Assembly: GCF_026210795.1 (NCBI RefSeq)
Contig: NC_089431.1
Span: forward strand, 2,480,001 to 2,544,000
DNA length: 64,000 nucleotides
DNA from: Rhizophagus irregularis
Lineage: Eukaryota
Reading direction: 5' to 3'
Below are positions 1 to 14,127 of this stretch, in pieces. Every line of letters starts with the position of its first letter. Position 1 is the first letter of the stretch. The notes under the pieces were generated by a model. The model saw only the letters and a list, made by a program, of their open reading frames with translations. It ran no database searches and was not told the origin of the DNA. The position numbers and the translations under genes were made by a program.

Positions 1-514
1 TTTTTAAAAATTAAATTTTCTCTCAATTTTTTATATAATTCATATAAAAACAAAAACTAGATAAAGAAATTTAACGTATAATACATTAATCAAAATTCTG
101 TACTATTACATATTAAAACTTCTGTTATTATTATTATGCAAAATTCTAAATAAATAGGCAATAACAGACTATTTATTTAATTTTATAGATAATCGTCAAT
201 ATTTCCCTTTATAAGTTTTTTTAATTAATATAGTTGCATGAAGATTAGAACTATGAAATTTTGAATATATGTTCCTTAGAGTCTATGTTATCACATATTA
301 AAATTTCAAGTATTATTATTATGTATAATTTCGAGTAATTAACAAAAATAAAAGGTCCGCTACTTTTGTCTAGGTAGTGTAGATAATGAGTATGATATGA
401 CCTCCATTGTATATAAGGTATGGTGCTAAAAATTGGGTATGTATGGTTAGTATGGTACCTACTTTCATATTAAAATCATACATACAACGAGGATCATATC
501 ATACTCATTATCGT

Positions 515-1180
515 TGTACCGACGTTTCACCGAAGGGATATTTCGTCCGAATCCATTTCACTGAATCGTCCATTTCTCTGAATTCTATTTCACCGAAAAT
601 GATATCAATGAAAATTATTTCCAGAGATCTTTTTTCCAGGATATTATCACTTCAACATTTCAAGTAACTGATATTAATTGCTAAGCAATAAATAAATACC
701 TTTATAATCCATAAACAACAAGATAAATTTAATAAAAATCATCAAATAAAGAATAAATAATTTTTCGGCGAAATGTCCATTCGGTGAAATGTCCCTTCGG
801 CGAAACGTACTTTCGGCGAAATGGCTTTCAGTGTAACAAATATAGAAATGGTGAGCTGATTTCAAAGATATAAAATGCTTAGTTTATAGAAAATCTAGAA
901 AATCTTTAGAAAAAAATTCATTATTTGTAAAAGCTGACTGTTAACATTTTAGTAACTGGTTAAGAAATTTGTCAAAAAAAAAAATGTTCCGTACGGATCA
1001 ACGGCAAGAATAAGCCATTCTAATTGTAGAAACTGAATAGTTAATTATTTAATACTATTTATTGTGAAAATAGGTTATGGTCCATTTCTCCATTTCACCG
1101 AAGCCATTTCGCCGAAAGAATGTTTCGTCGAAAGGACGTTTCATTTTATCGAATCCATCGCCCATTTCGCCGAATGAATA
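515..1180. repeat. Degenerate non-autonomous DNA-element remnants with repeated CATTTCGCCGAA-type motifs
   Basis: Motif clusters in forward orientation at ~520-600 and ~1080-1175 and inverted (TTCGGCGAAATG) at ~765-830; the pattern resembles subterminal repeats; no TSD established. Confidence 0.5.
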
Positions 1181-1876
1181 TTATATAAACAAATGAATTT
1201 TATAAAATAAAGTTAACCTGTACTAAGGAAATAAATGGAATTTTTATTTAATTTTATATTTTATAAACGAATAAACTTTGCTAAAAATGAAAAAATAAAT
1301 TTAATAAAAATAAAATTAGTGTTTATAATTTAAAAAGTTATTATGTAGTGAAAGGTTTATTGAAAAAAAATTAGACAAATAGATAAGCTAACAAAATGTT
1401 AAATATACATTTTAATACTAATACTTATTATTAAATAAGTATATTTTTTAAGAATTGGCAATACTAAATGGTGATATATAGGATTATACTAATATATAAC
1501 AAAAATAAGTATGTGCCTCTCTTTTGACTGGCTTGTAAAAATAGTAGTTTAACGCCACTTATTCTGCGCATCAAACGCAATTTATTAATTTGACTTTGTT
1601 CGTAAAGGAGCATTGTCATAATACTCTCACATTGTCGATAAATAATTATGTAGTGTAACTCTAGGCAATTCCTTGATCCTTGGTTTTTTTGACTGAATGA
1701 ATGACTGAATGAGCTATGTAATACATGATTCAGTAATTATATACACAGTCGAACACATGCCTTTGTGACATGTATGAGTATAAATATGGCACTAAAATAC
1801 CTCAATTTCTTTTCAAGTTCTCAGTTTTTTTTCAATATTTCTTGTATTCCTTATCTTATTAAAATAATAGAAGAAA

Positions 1877-2595
1877 ATGAGTAATACAAGTATTCCAAGT
1901 TTTTCAAATATGCCAAGTATGCCAGCAAGTTTTTCTGAATCTTTACCTATTTCCCCTGAAAGAATTAACCGGTTTAGATCTGAAAGGCTAGGAAATATAC
2001 GTCCTCTCAATGAGTTCTTCGATAGAGATAGACTTTCTAAGCCAAAGGGCATGGGAGGTTCGTAATATTTATTTATTAATAAAAAACGAGTCATTTTTGA
2101 CTAAGAAGCAAAGTAATATGGTTTGCATGTTTTTTTATTCAGATATTGCCCAACGTCTTTCTTATAACCTGACGCACTTTCAGTCGAACTATATTATAAT
2201 TATTTTAGGATTGTTGATTTATTGCATGTAAATATTTTTTTTTGGTTCTTAAGTGAAAAATCTTAATTATCTGTATCAATTTTTGAGAATCTAATTCTTG
2301 TTATAGGATTACCAATCCATACCTTCTCTTTGCCATCATTTTCATTATGTTTGGACTACATTTTATTCGTAAAATGCCTCCAGACCAACCGCTTGTATTT
2401 GGTCAATATGTTTTAACCCAAAAACAATTGTATACTGGACTTATCATAATTTCTATTCCTCTATTATGGATATCTTCGCTTGGTTCAACCATATTTTGGA
2501 TTGTTGGAGCTTCTGGAACATTGATCTTAGGTCATGCTGCATTTCTTGAACCAGGTGTTGATAGTGGTTTTGCATCAACTGCAGATCAAGTGTAA
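1877..2595 (+). CDS. YIP3: PRA1/Yip3 family prenylated Rab acceptor, 3 exons (1877-2057, 2143-2227, 2307-2595)
   Basis: RPLNEFFD, RLSYNLTHFQSNY and ILGHAAFLEP motifs; hydrophobic segments; GT-AG introns that keep the frame. Confidence 0.9.
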
Positions 2596-2967
2596 AACTA
2601 ACTAGGGGAGATTTATTATATTTTTATTATATTATTACATTAGACATATTTATAAAAAATTATTATATATTTTACTATATTTATAAAATCGTAGGTGAAT
2701 GCTCGGATCTTCACCTCAAAATCAAAAAAAAAAAAACAATTATATAACATAATTACAAGAGACTGTTTATATTGTATTTTATATTGATCACACAATTATA
2801 TTAATCTATTAATCATTAAAAAACCTCTTTAAAAGTCACATGGCTAAATTTCCACGTGACATCGATTATGATAATCGCGATAAATCGAGAATTTTTTTTT
2901 TTTGTGAAATGACCTCTTTTTTTTTTCTAGAAAAAAGAGAAAATTCAAATCACGGTCTATTTAAGTA

Positions 2968-3823
2968 ATGCAGGCTTTTACACGACAAAGTTATTTACTA
3001 AATGGAGGCTCAAAAATATTGAATTTTCAGATTCAATTAATGAAAAGAAGTTTTACTAGTACAAATATTGCCAGAGATGCGGCTGCTCAAGAAAGTAGTA
3101 GTAGTTCAACAAAGATAGGAACATCTGTACAGCCAACGAGAAAACCTATCGGCGGGTTCCGTGGGGGGTAAATATTTGTATAACAGTAATTTCGTGCAAG
3201 TTTACTTCATATTTACTTTTACTTTTTTATTTATGTGTTTTTGAAGTCTAATTGGGTTTTTAGTGGGTTTAACTATCGCAGGAGGAGCAGGATACCATTA
3301 TCTTTTAGATGAATATAATACAGCATCTAAACTTTTATTAAGTTCTGTCGAAGAACTTCAAAAGTCCACCAACAAGGTACAATAAATAAATTTAATCTAA
3401 ATTTTGAGTAAAAATAATAATATGCTTTTATAAATAGGTTCGTGATTATACTCGAAAAATTGAAAGAGTCGAACTGGAATTGAAAGCTCTTCAAATGAGT
3501 GCTGCTACAATAGACCAAATTAAAGAATTAAGGGGTGAAGTTCGGCAATTATACGTAATTAAAATTTTGATATTAAATATCTTTTATTTGTTTAAACTCA
3601 ACTATTTATTTATAAGCCTACTTTCTCGTGATTAATTATAAATATAAGGATTCCCTCCACATAGAAGATCTCGAATTAAAGGCTTACATATATGGTATAG
3701 GTAAGTTATTTGCCAAAATATCCCTTTTATAGTTTATTATTAGGTTATTTATTTATTCATTTATTTATTTTCTTTGCAATACAAGAACAAGATGTTCAAG
3801 CTATTATGAAAAAAGTTAAATAA
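2968..3823 (+). CDS. Small fungal membrane/coiled-coil protein, probably mitochondrial (about 5 exons)
   Basis: Presequence-like N-terminus (KRSFTST); spliced product RKPIGGFRGGLIGFLVGLTIAGGAGYHYLLDEY followed by a coiled coil; TAA at 3821-3823. Confidence 0.7.
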
Positions 3824-4017
3824 TTCATAATATTTAAAAAAGGAAAAATAAATAAAAAAAAATCAAATAAAATGATTTTTCATAGATGGCTATTAATAAT
3901 TATTTATTAGAGTACAAATATATCACTATTTAAATCATAAGTATTTATTATTTGTGGTAACATCAGATTATAAAAACCATTTAAAAAAATATTGCAATTT
4001 AAAGTGCATTTGTGAGC

Positions 4018-4773
4018 TTAATCTTTACCATTAAGATAACATCTTGTTTTTTTGTAAACCAAATTATTCCCTTCCACATACACTCTCCCTCCTAGCCCTA
4101 GATAACCGATATCTTCCAAAGTTTGAATGATATGGGGTAATATAAATGCCCTAAACTCAGATAAAACCCGAGAAAAAAAACATCCAACAATATATACATC
4201 TGTTAAAAGAAAAAAAATAAAAGCAAACCATCGTTAATATCAAATTTTTTTAAAATAAATAAATAAATAAATAAAGGTTTTACCATAAGATTCTTCGTAG
4301 CCTATATTACCCCAAAGTTGATTCATGATATCAACAGTCAATACAGATAAAATAAAATCTTTAGCTTCATGTACATTATCTTTGAAGAAATAAGCACAGG
4401 TATCAAAGAATATCCAAGCAATTTCGATATTATGTATTGTCATTGCAATATTTGGTAATTCTTCTGGTTCGTTTTGTTTAAGTTGAAATACTCTTTGATC
4501 CGTTATCGTTGGTGGCGAACTTAGTCGACAAAGAACGTCATTATCTAAAGCCCTTTGAAGTCTAATGTCTTCAAGTTGTAGTTGAACATATCCTCGTCTT
4601 GGCATTCTTTGAGCGTTTATTTCTCGAGCGGTAATAGAAGTTTGTTGAGTTTGACTTCTTTGAACGCGCGTTTGTTGTGTATTTTGTCGTCTAACACGTG
4701 TATTTGCTTTACTAGTAGTTGTACCAGCTTGCCGAATTTGCCGTCTCCGAGCATGTTGAGATGATCTTACCAT
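4018..4773 (-). CDS. Orphan-family protein, copy A (exons 4773-4284 and 4199-4018)
   Basis: 177-aa ORF with R/Q-rich N-terminus; phase-1 intron joins exon 2 (DVYIVGCF...LEDIGYLGLGRRVYVEGNNLVYKK); paralog at 56242-56964. Confidence 0.8.
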
Positions 4774-7065
4774 TTTTGTCGCGTGTATTTACCGCGTTAT
4801 CCAGTTGAAATAATTGAAATCAAAAAAAGAAAGAAACCTCGGGCCAATAACCTTTTACCCGATCAAAAAAAAAATTTATTAAATATATAATTGATGTAAT
4901 TGATGATTTAAATTATTCAAATAATTTCTTTAGTTAATTATCATGAATACATATACGTATTTAAAAAGAAACCCCCTAAAATAACAACAGTTTTATATAT
5001 TTGAAATCATTTTTTTTATACAAATCGACGCGTTTAAAATGTATAGTATAAATATTGGTTTTTAATAACAGATAGCAAGATGGTCATTAACAACATTTTC
5101 TGACTAAAGAAATCGGTAGTCTCCGGATTCACCCTACCCAGTCTATCGTATGACAGGACAGGTATTACTGCGGCAAATGCATGCTGTGTGTTTACTTGGT
5201 TGTTTAGACTATGAACACCAGTTTAACCATTTGCAAACCAACGCCAACGTTGCGATAGTGTTCGAAAAGAGAAACAGCTGGAACACACTTTACACTGGTC
5301 TGATCTGGATTCGTGAGATCGGTTCTTAAACATCTTAAACGTTATACACAGTACATTGTCGAAGGTTTGTATAATAAGGACGTAATTATTCATGAAAAGA
5401 TTTTCATATGATTTTTTTTTTTATCATAATGAAGTGCAAAATTAAATGCAATAACGGTGCAAAGTTAGTCTATAGATTATAACATTGAATTAATTATTAC
5501 CTATATTTAGATTCTTGGCTGTGTAAATAAATCTACTGGAGTGAGATTCGACAAAGAAGCATCTGCAAAATCAGATGTTAAACAATAACTTGGTTTACAC
5601 TACCAATGAAAATGCATGATGACAATAATTAAGCATGGAGAATAGTGACTTTGTGTTGAATCAGTTTATTTATTTACTTATAAATCCAATTAATATTATT
5701 GATCACCACTTAGATGCCAAGGATAACTGATATTATCAAATTTTATTGAGATAGAATATCACTTACAAAACACATCTACTTCTATATTTAAATTGGTTTT
5801 GAATGTGCTATAAAAATCTTGAAGAATAAATAATAAAATGAAATTCTAAATTCAATAGTCATTTTGATCGATTTGATTTTTATAGATTTTATAACTTAAA
5901 AAGGGAAGTTAATTGCAAGAAAAAAAAAAATATTTTACTTTCTGTTGTATGAAAATCGCGTTTTTTATAGGATGTTTAAAAACAGAAAATCAAAAAAGTT
6001 TTGAAAAATCGAAAATAAAAATGAATCATAAAATTATTTTAGGATTTGCTTTTTTTAAAATCGTTTATCTCTTTTTTGATTTAATTTTTTCTTCAGAGAA
6101 AAGTTGTGTGTAATCAAAATTATATTAATGATTTGATAAACATTATTAAAATACTATCAAATTATAAATTAATATTAATTAATTTATTTCTTATTCTCTG
6201 AATTTAGCATGTTACTAAAAATAAACAAATCATTCTTGGGGATCAGTTAATCATGAAACACTTTTTTACTTTTACGTTGGAAGTAAAGACGTACTTTCTA
6301 TATGTGACATAAATATGACACATGATCTACTTCAATTCAGTTTTTCCTTTCAAAGTTAAGCTTGAAAAAGTGGCGTAAATGCAAGGGATCTTCGAGTTCT
6401 AAAAAAACTTTGTTTACTTATTAATAGAGACAATGAAGGGCACCGTGTCACTTAAATAACTTGGTGGTCCAACCGTCAAGGTGTCGTTATATATATTTAA
6501 ACTATAAAATTTTTGGATAATCCGCGATGAGAGTATAAAATTAAAATAACTTTCCGTGAAAGAGTTAATTTTACAAATGTGGTACGATGAGAAAATTCTT
6601 TAAATTCCTGCCAAGCTTTCTTTCTTTTCTTTATTTTCTCAATGATTTTATCCGTTGGCTATTATGCAAATTTCTGTATATGGAAACCTATACTAATTTT
6701 GTTATATTTCAAAACCATTTCCCGTTATATATTCCATGCATTATAAAATTTTTTAGTTGATTTATAATAAATTTGTTCCCTGATAATTCCCCTTCGGGTC
6801 GTTAAGCCACGTTTTTTCCTTAAAACGACAAAAAAAACGACGTCCGACAAGAATGAATATTATTTGTGATACAAAGCCGCCAATAACAAATCCATTATTT
6901 TTACTAATTGCCCCAATTCTTCGGCTCCGAAATATTCTTAGACCTGGACTCTTTTCTCCGTATTAGTTCCATTTTTTCCTTTCTTTCTTTAAAAATTAAA
7001 AACAATACTACGTTAAAGTATTTTTATTTGTTTTCCCAATTTTCATTTTCTCATATAAAATTAAA

Positions 7066-8252
7066 ATGGCTTCAAGTTCTTCAAAAAAAGACGTCATTCG
7101 ACGCAAATTAGTTATTGTTGGAGACGGTGCCTGTGGTAAAACTTCGCTATTATCCGTTTTTACATTAGGATACTTCCCAAAGGTACGTTATACTTTTTTA
7201 GTATTGCTTGCTTCGGTGCAATACTTGAATCTGGTTATTCCCTTAAGTCTTATAACTAAATATTTTTTTCTATATTATTATTTGATCTAGGAATACGTAA
7301 GTATAGATCTAATCATACATTATTCACTACACCAACCACTAACAAGGTGATTGTAACTCTAGTATACATATTGTCAACATGATCTCTAAAAAAAAAACTT
7401 TTTGTTCTTTGTCTTATTACTTTTTAAATAGGAACCAACCGTATTCGAAAATCATGTGACAGACCTTAAAATTGACGGAAAACCTGTACAATTGGCGTTA
7501 TGGGATACTGCGTAAGTTAAAAGATGGTTTAAATAGAAGTATTTAGTATTTTCAAATAATATCATTATATATATTAATTTTATTTCTTAATTTATGATTA
7601 GAGGACAAGAAGAATATGAGGTTAGTAAAACTAAATAATAAATATTCAAATTAAAAAATAGATCAATATTATAAAATAATCTAACTAATTTTATTATTGT
7701 TGTTGTTATTTAGCGTCTTAGACCTCTTTCTTATTCTAAAGCTCACGTTATTTTGATCGCCTTTGCGGTAGATATACCCGATTCTTTTGAGAACGTGTCT
7801 GCAAAGGTGAAGATAAATATTTATGTAACCAAAAGAAAAGAAAAGAAGAAAATTAATATAACTAAATTATTGTTTTTATAATAATATCTAATATAGTGGA
7901 TTGATGAGGTCAATTCTCTTTGTCCAGGTGTTCCGGTTATCTTAGTAGGTTTAAAGAAAGACTTAAGAGATGACGAAGCCAGAATTGCAGAAATGCAAAA
8001 GAAAGGCATTTCCTTTGTCGATCCTAAACAGGTATATTTAAATATTATAAACGAAATACTTTAAGAATCTCACTTGTAACATGGTTTTATTTATAATAGG
8101 CTGAAGTAATAGCAAAACAAATAGGTGCTCGAAAATATTTAGAATGTTCAGCATTAACTGGAGAAAATGTTGATAATGTTTTTGAAGCTGCATCAAGGGC
8201 TGCACTTTTGTCACGTGAAAATGTTTCCAATGGCTGTTGTGTTTTACTGTAA
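7066..8252 (+). CDS. RHO2: Rho-family small GTPase, Rho2-like, multi-exon with micro-exons
   Basis: [65 protein letters not shown]-terminal CCVLL prenylation box. Confidence 0.93.
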
Positions 8253-8936
8253 CGTACACAACTGAAACAAAAAAATATATGATTCGATTTTTATTGCCCT
8301 CATTTTTTTTTGGGATTAATATTATTAGAAAGGAGAGGGATTAAAATTATATGGTATCTCTGTTTAGAAACTGGACATTTATTTTATTTATCTATTATTT
8401 ATCTAGTATTTTATTCTTAACTCCTTTTTGCTTTTTTTTTTATTTACTACAGAAAAATCTAATTCATTTAGTTACACACACATATCCAAAACAATATAAT
8501 CTTATATGATCTTGTATTAATCTTATATCATTTTTTAAAAGACAATATAAAAGTAAAAAATTTGTAATATTATATTTATAAAAAAAAAAAATTCTATTCA
8601 ATCTCATTTATATACATTTTTTTTTATCTATTTACTATTATTACAATAATTTATTATCTTAAAGCGAATGTTTTTTATTTTTATTTATTTATTTATTTAT
8701 TTATTTCGCGTTTTTTTGATTAACAAAAGTCAATTTTTTTTTCTTGAAAGAGTTTCGGTGAAAAAAAAAATCGAATCATATTCCTAATAAATTCTCAATT
8801 GAGACAAGGAAAAGGTGCCTAAATTCATTTATTACTATCAATGAAGTTATATTCGTATTACGGTATTAAAAAAATATATATATATAATTGCTAGAAATTA
8901 ATTACTCAAAAAAGCTAAAAGAAAAATAATGTTCAT

Positions 8937-10971
8937 TTATCTAGATGATCCTACAATGTTTTTCTGCTTATTACTCCAATCATGATTCGTTGATGAAGCA
9001 TAAGCTAAAATCCATTTAGTATTAGTTAAAGTATTCCTAAGAGCTTTTGTCCATATCTCATAATCACTTTTATATCTAATTGATAAATTATCAATTTTGT
9101 CTTTTTGAATACTATATATATTATTTTAAAAATAAATTAGCTAAAGCAACAAAATAAAATACATAATTATGTATATAAAGACTTTACCGATATGGTAATT
9201 TCAATTTATGGTCCTGCCGTTCAGCGTAATCTCCCAATTGTTGCAAACAATTTAAGTAGGCTACCATGGCACTATTAAAACGATTAATCAAAAATGGTGT
9301 CTTAAATGTAAAATCACCTGATCCATAACTGCAATTTAAAATACAAAGTTAAAATAGAAGTTTTAAAATAGGTGAATATCATCTAGAAACTTACAGTTCA
9401 TATTTTGCATCTCCATCAATCTTTTCAATCCTAGAAAAAGAACCTAAAGGAACTAGCCGATAGCTAATAAATAAAATAAAAAACCAAATAAAATAAATTT
9501 CGTAATTAAAATTAATAAGTAAAAAAAAGAATGAGAAAAAGAGAAAACTTTTACGTTTGAAATGTAAAATTAAGTTTATTTGCAATTGTTGAAAGTAACA
9601 AAAGTGTTTGGCCCCAAGCGGCATTAATTTCACTCCATTCAACCTATAACAAATTATATTAAAGAAATTAAAGAACATCTGCTAAATATCATTTTATTTA
9701 GTTGATTTCATTTTATTATTACCTGTACATCAGGTAATTTGCCTAGCCGAAATCCATTTATTGTACCAAAAAGACCATCTATTCCAATACAAAATGTATC
9801 GTTATAAACATTGGCTTTTTGGAGTCTCTCTAATTGTCTGGCATCATGATCGTACTTTAGATTGACACTATCTCTCTCATTTTGAAATGTTTGTATCTGA
9901 ATATGAAAGTCATTGAACTCCTGCCAATAGCTAAAATTGAATAAATTAATAAGTATAGATTGCTTTTAACAATTCAGTCAACAAAATGCAGTATCAAAGA
10001 TAATAAGCACCTTTCCTCAAGTCTATCAAGTTCTTTTTCTTCTTCCTCTAATGCTGCCAATTCTTTTTTCAACGCATTACTTTCATTCTCTATTTCCTTT
10101 AACTTTTTAATTGCAGCTGACTCATTAGATTTTATCTAAAAATATGTATAAATAAATGTCAGTAAAATAATAAAAATACCAATTAATAAAGTTGAAAAGA
10201 TTTAAGATTTTCTAAAATAGGTAATCTGCTACCAAAGTCTTGCCTCTTGAATTTCTTTTTGTAAGCTTATTTTTTCAGAATCACTTATTACGCTTTCGTT
10301 AACTTTCTTAAGAAAGTCAATATAACAGTCTCTTTCTTTAGAAGCATCAGATAACTGTTTTTTCAAGCTATCTAGAAGTATCTCGGTACACTCATAACAC
10401 ATGGGATGTTCAATCTCTGATCTTGACGACATAATGTCAAATAATCGATTTGCGACTTTGATCCTATGACTCAAACTTGCTTTTTTTTCATCAACATTTC
10501 CATCAAGTGGACCACGTTCCGGTGACAAATTATTGTTAGAATGTGATGCAACTTGAGAACGTGATAACACTACATATGATTCTGAAGGTGGCAAGAATGA
10601 CTCTTTGTTACTAATGCCTCCATTAGGAGAACGTGAAAGTCCAGAAGAATTCTTTGAGGAAGAAACAGATCTTTGGTTTGATTTTGACACTGGAAGCTCA
10701 TTATCATCCTCCTCAATATCGTTAAAGATAGTTTGCTTAGAGCTTCTAATTCCTGTTTTTTCAGATATTGGTGTTGTAGTACTTTCTTCTGGGAGAGGTG
10801 CTAAATATTATAACAGTAAAAAGTGAGAACTAATGTACGCAAATAAAAAAGTGAAACCTATATTATACCTAACAGGAGATCTACAGAAGCTGCACTTAGA
10901 TCTGCTAATGATTCATCGATTCTTAATGGATGTTTACAGCGTTGACAAATGAAAGCAGAAGCTTGATCCAT
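8937..10971 (-). CDS. ATG6: Atg6/Vps30/Beclin-1 autophagy protein, multi-exon
   Basis: N-terminal [24 protein letters not shown], coiled coil, [56 protein letters not shown]. Confidence 0.93.
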
Positions 10972-11161
10972 TTTAAAGAAAAAAATGGGAAAAAGAACAG
11001 TATTTTAAATTATGTTGCTCTGTTTGACAAAGATCGGTCACATTGCATTAATGAAAACGTGATTTCCGATTACAACATTTTAGATCAGATTATTGTGAAT
11101 ATCATTCTTTTGTTAAAAAAATTTTTTTTCTTTTTGAAAAAGAAAAAATAAATCATATAAA

Positions 11162-11830
11162 ATGGTTTTACAATTTTCTTATTATTTGTGCGAATTTTTA
11201 GTTTTCAATATTCTATCATATACTTACTGAACTCTTTTGTTATTAGTCAGCAAGGGTAATAGCGCAAATTATCGTTTTAGGAACGCAGATTTTAGGCAAA
11301 GCCTTTGTTGAAGCGTATAAACAAGCTGTAGCAAGTGAATATTCATTACATCTCATTTAGATTTGAATTTTTTTTAGTTTTACCTATAATCTATATCTAC
11401 CTATTTAATTAGACGCAGCAGGCGGAGGAGCAGCTGGGTCAGCTGGACGAATGGGAAAAGATGCTTTAACAAGACAAACAGGAATGTCATTAGAAGAAGC
11501 ATATAAAATATTAAATCTCAAAAAAAATAATTTTGATGCTTCAACTTTTTCAAAGGTATTTAATTATTTAACATTTTGTATTGGATGTATTGGATGTAAA
11601 AAGAAATTATTTTATAAATTACTAAAATTTTTCATGTTACAATCCAGAATTTTGAGCATTTATTTAAAGTAAATGATACATCATCTGGTGGGTCATTTTA
11701 TATACAATCAAAAGTAATGAGAGCAAAAGAAAGAATTGATATGGAAATGGCAGAGGCTGCTAAGAAGAATAAAAATCCACAAAATAATAATGAACAATCA
11801 TCATCATCACAGTCTACATTTAATAGTTAA
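11162..11830 (+). CDS. PAM16: Mitochondrial import motor subunit Pam16/Tim16; first coding exon is ATG only
   Basis: [65 protein letters not shown]. Confidence 0.92.
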
Positions 11831-12726
11831 TAATAGCAATAGCAATTTTTAATATATTTAATTATAATTAGATTTAATATGCTTAAAAAACTCAAGAAAA
11901 ATATTTTAAACAGCCACCAATTAATTATAAATTATCAAATGATTTTATAAAATTATAATATTTTTTTTTTTTTTGAAATCTTTGATATTTATACAGGTGT
12001 TTAAAGTCAACATGCTATTTAAAATCAACAAAAACTTTATTTTAAAATTATAGAATAGGTAAATCATTATTGCTTTAATCAATGTAAAATTTTATTAGTA
12101 ATTTTAAAAAATTAGATAATATTTTAATGTAAAAATTTTTATATTATATAATAATAAAAATTATCAACTTTACTAAAATATAATATTAGTCTAATCTTGA
12201 TATACCGATATTTAATATACTAATATACTATTAAAAACTTGATATACTGATAAATTTTATTTTTCCACTATATGTAAGAATATATAAATATCAGTATAAC
12301 TTTAATATAACGATATTTTCTAAAAATTTTATATATGTTCCAATATATTATTATATAAAGGTTTGACTGTTTTCTGTTATCTTGAATACAGGTTATATGA
12401 AGTTAGTATTCAATACTATAGTATATAATTTTACAAAAATTATTATTTAAACTAAACAAATTGTACTAATTAAAAATTGCTTACTGGTACCTTTAAAATA
12501 GCTAGAAAAAAAAAATTTGAATAATACTATCATTTTTTTTTATACTAGAAATTTGCAAAATAAAAAAAATCAAAAAATATAAAAATATAAATAAAGTATA
12601 TATTGTAATATTAAACATTTTAATGTAAAATATAATTATTAAATAAATAAAATTAGTTTAATTAGACTATTAATAATATAAATAAAAAGTTAAAGTAAAA
12701 ATAAAAAATATATAAATTATATAAGA

Positions 12727-13350
12727 AGTTTGCTATTTATCACTACTAGTGGTCAGCACCAGTATCACGTGATTATAATTAATTAACAAAACTTAATTAT
12801 TTTATTTGTGTAATTTTATGTAATTTTTTTATACAACTGACTAAAAAATAAAAAATTGCATATACCTTTAATTTTTGAGAACACCCCAGTCAAATAAATG
12901 ATAATAGCAAAAAGAGTATAAGGAATAAGAAAGAATAAAAATAGTAATAAGAAATATACATGCTGCCCAAATTATTTTGGGATGCCATAATTATAATTTG
13001 GGATGCCATAATTCATTCAGTTTATATATAATTTACTATGTAAAGTGCCAAAATAATTTGGGATGCCATAATTGAATTTGGGATTTTACTTATAATTACA
13101 GCAGTCCAAAATAATTTGGGTGGCATGTATAATAAAGAAACAATATAGGATGAAATGATAATGAAAAAAAAAACAATAGGAGATGAAATAACAATGAAAG
13201 AAAAGTATAGAATGAAATGATAAAAAAAAAGCAATATAGAATGAAATGATGATAGAAAAAAAAAATAATAGAAGGTGCAGTATATATGGGATGAAATGAT
13301 GATGAAAAGCAATATAGAATGAAATGATGATAGAAAAAAATAATAGAAGG
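12727..13350. mobile_element. Truncated copy of a non-autonomous element with purine-rich internal repeats (same family as 50710-52141)
   Basis: Shares the terminus AGTTTGCTATTTATCAC...TCACGTGATTATAATTA, the block TTTTTGAGAACACCCCAGTCAAATAAAT and GAAATGATGAT repeats with the second copy. Confidence 0.75.
12959..13127. mobile_element. 169-bp MITE with TA target-site duplication (Tc1/mariner-like)
   Basis: TIRs CATGCTGCCCAAATTATTTTGG / CCAAAATAATTTGGGTGGCATG flanked by TA; absent from the homologous position of the 50710 copy; second copy at 53139-53313. Confidence 0.85.
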
Positions 13351-13399
13351 TCTTGCCGATAGTAACGAAGCCATGCGTTGCGGAGTATATTTTGGCCAT

Positions 13400-13956
13400 T
13401 CTTCACACTTCACTCTATATCGTCAAAAGAATAACAGATAAAGAGCTTACCTTAGCTCCTCAGCTCGAAATCGTGTTAAGAAAGTACTGGCTGGGTTGAC
13501 TACGCAATCAAAGCCTCAGAGGAACTTCTACGCATATCGGAAGGAAAGCTACATCAAGTGGTCATGGGTTTCTTTCAGAATTTGATTCAATGTGAAAGCG
13601 CTCTACAAGTTAATAAAAAGAATAGGAAACGTAAATCAGGGCGATAATGGCTTGGGTTTGGGGAAGATTTCGACTTATATACTAGCGGGATCGTTACGAA
13701 CAGGCCTCGCAGAATGGTATTTTATTCTTTTTGCCTTGGATGGGATATCGAGTTATTAAGCAAGGATCCCCTCAATATCCGATTTACCGAATCAGCCTTC
13801 AAGTAAGGGTTTGGCGGTTAAGAAAAAGACTTACGTAAAAATGTGAAACAAGTTATAGAGGTCGTCGTTGGGCTATTGAAAGATAGGTTAGAGTGTATGG
13901 GCGAAGAACTGGATAGGAAGAAGGTTAGGATAGAGGAATATCATTCGAAAAAATAA
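13400..13956 (+). pseudogene. Decayed fragment of a lineage-expanded gene, possibly PD-(D/E)XK nuclease-like
   Basis: Broken reading frames ...VDYAIKASEELLRISEGK...CESALQVNKK...KDPLNIRFTES...VVVGLLKDRLEC with frameshifts and stops. Confidence 0.55.
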
Positions 13957-14127
13957 TCATGTATAATAGCCTAGATGTCATGTATCACGGGCACAGTCCC
14001 GAACATTTGTATTTATTTATATATTAATAAAAAAAAATTGAATTTTGCAGGTATATGATAAGCGAAAAAATATATAGTCATAGAACTGCCATTCCAGGGC
14101 TATAAACAATTTATTATATCATAATCC

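Noticed and set aside
5110..5340. GC-richer intergenic patch as a possible ncRNA
   Set aside because: No recognisable tRNA, snRNA or snoRNA boxes or convincing stem; an Rfam search would be needed
13022..13413. Three overlapping minus-strand ORFs
   Set aside because: Same low-complexity repeat, and they run across a MITE junction
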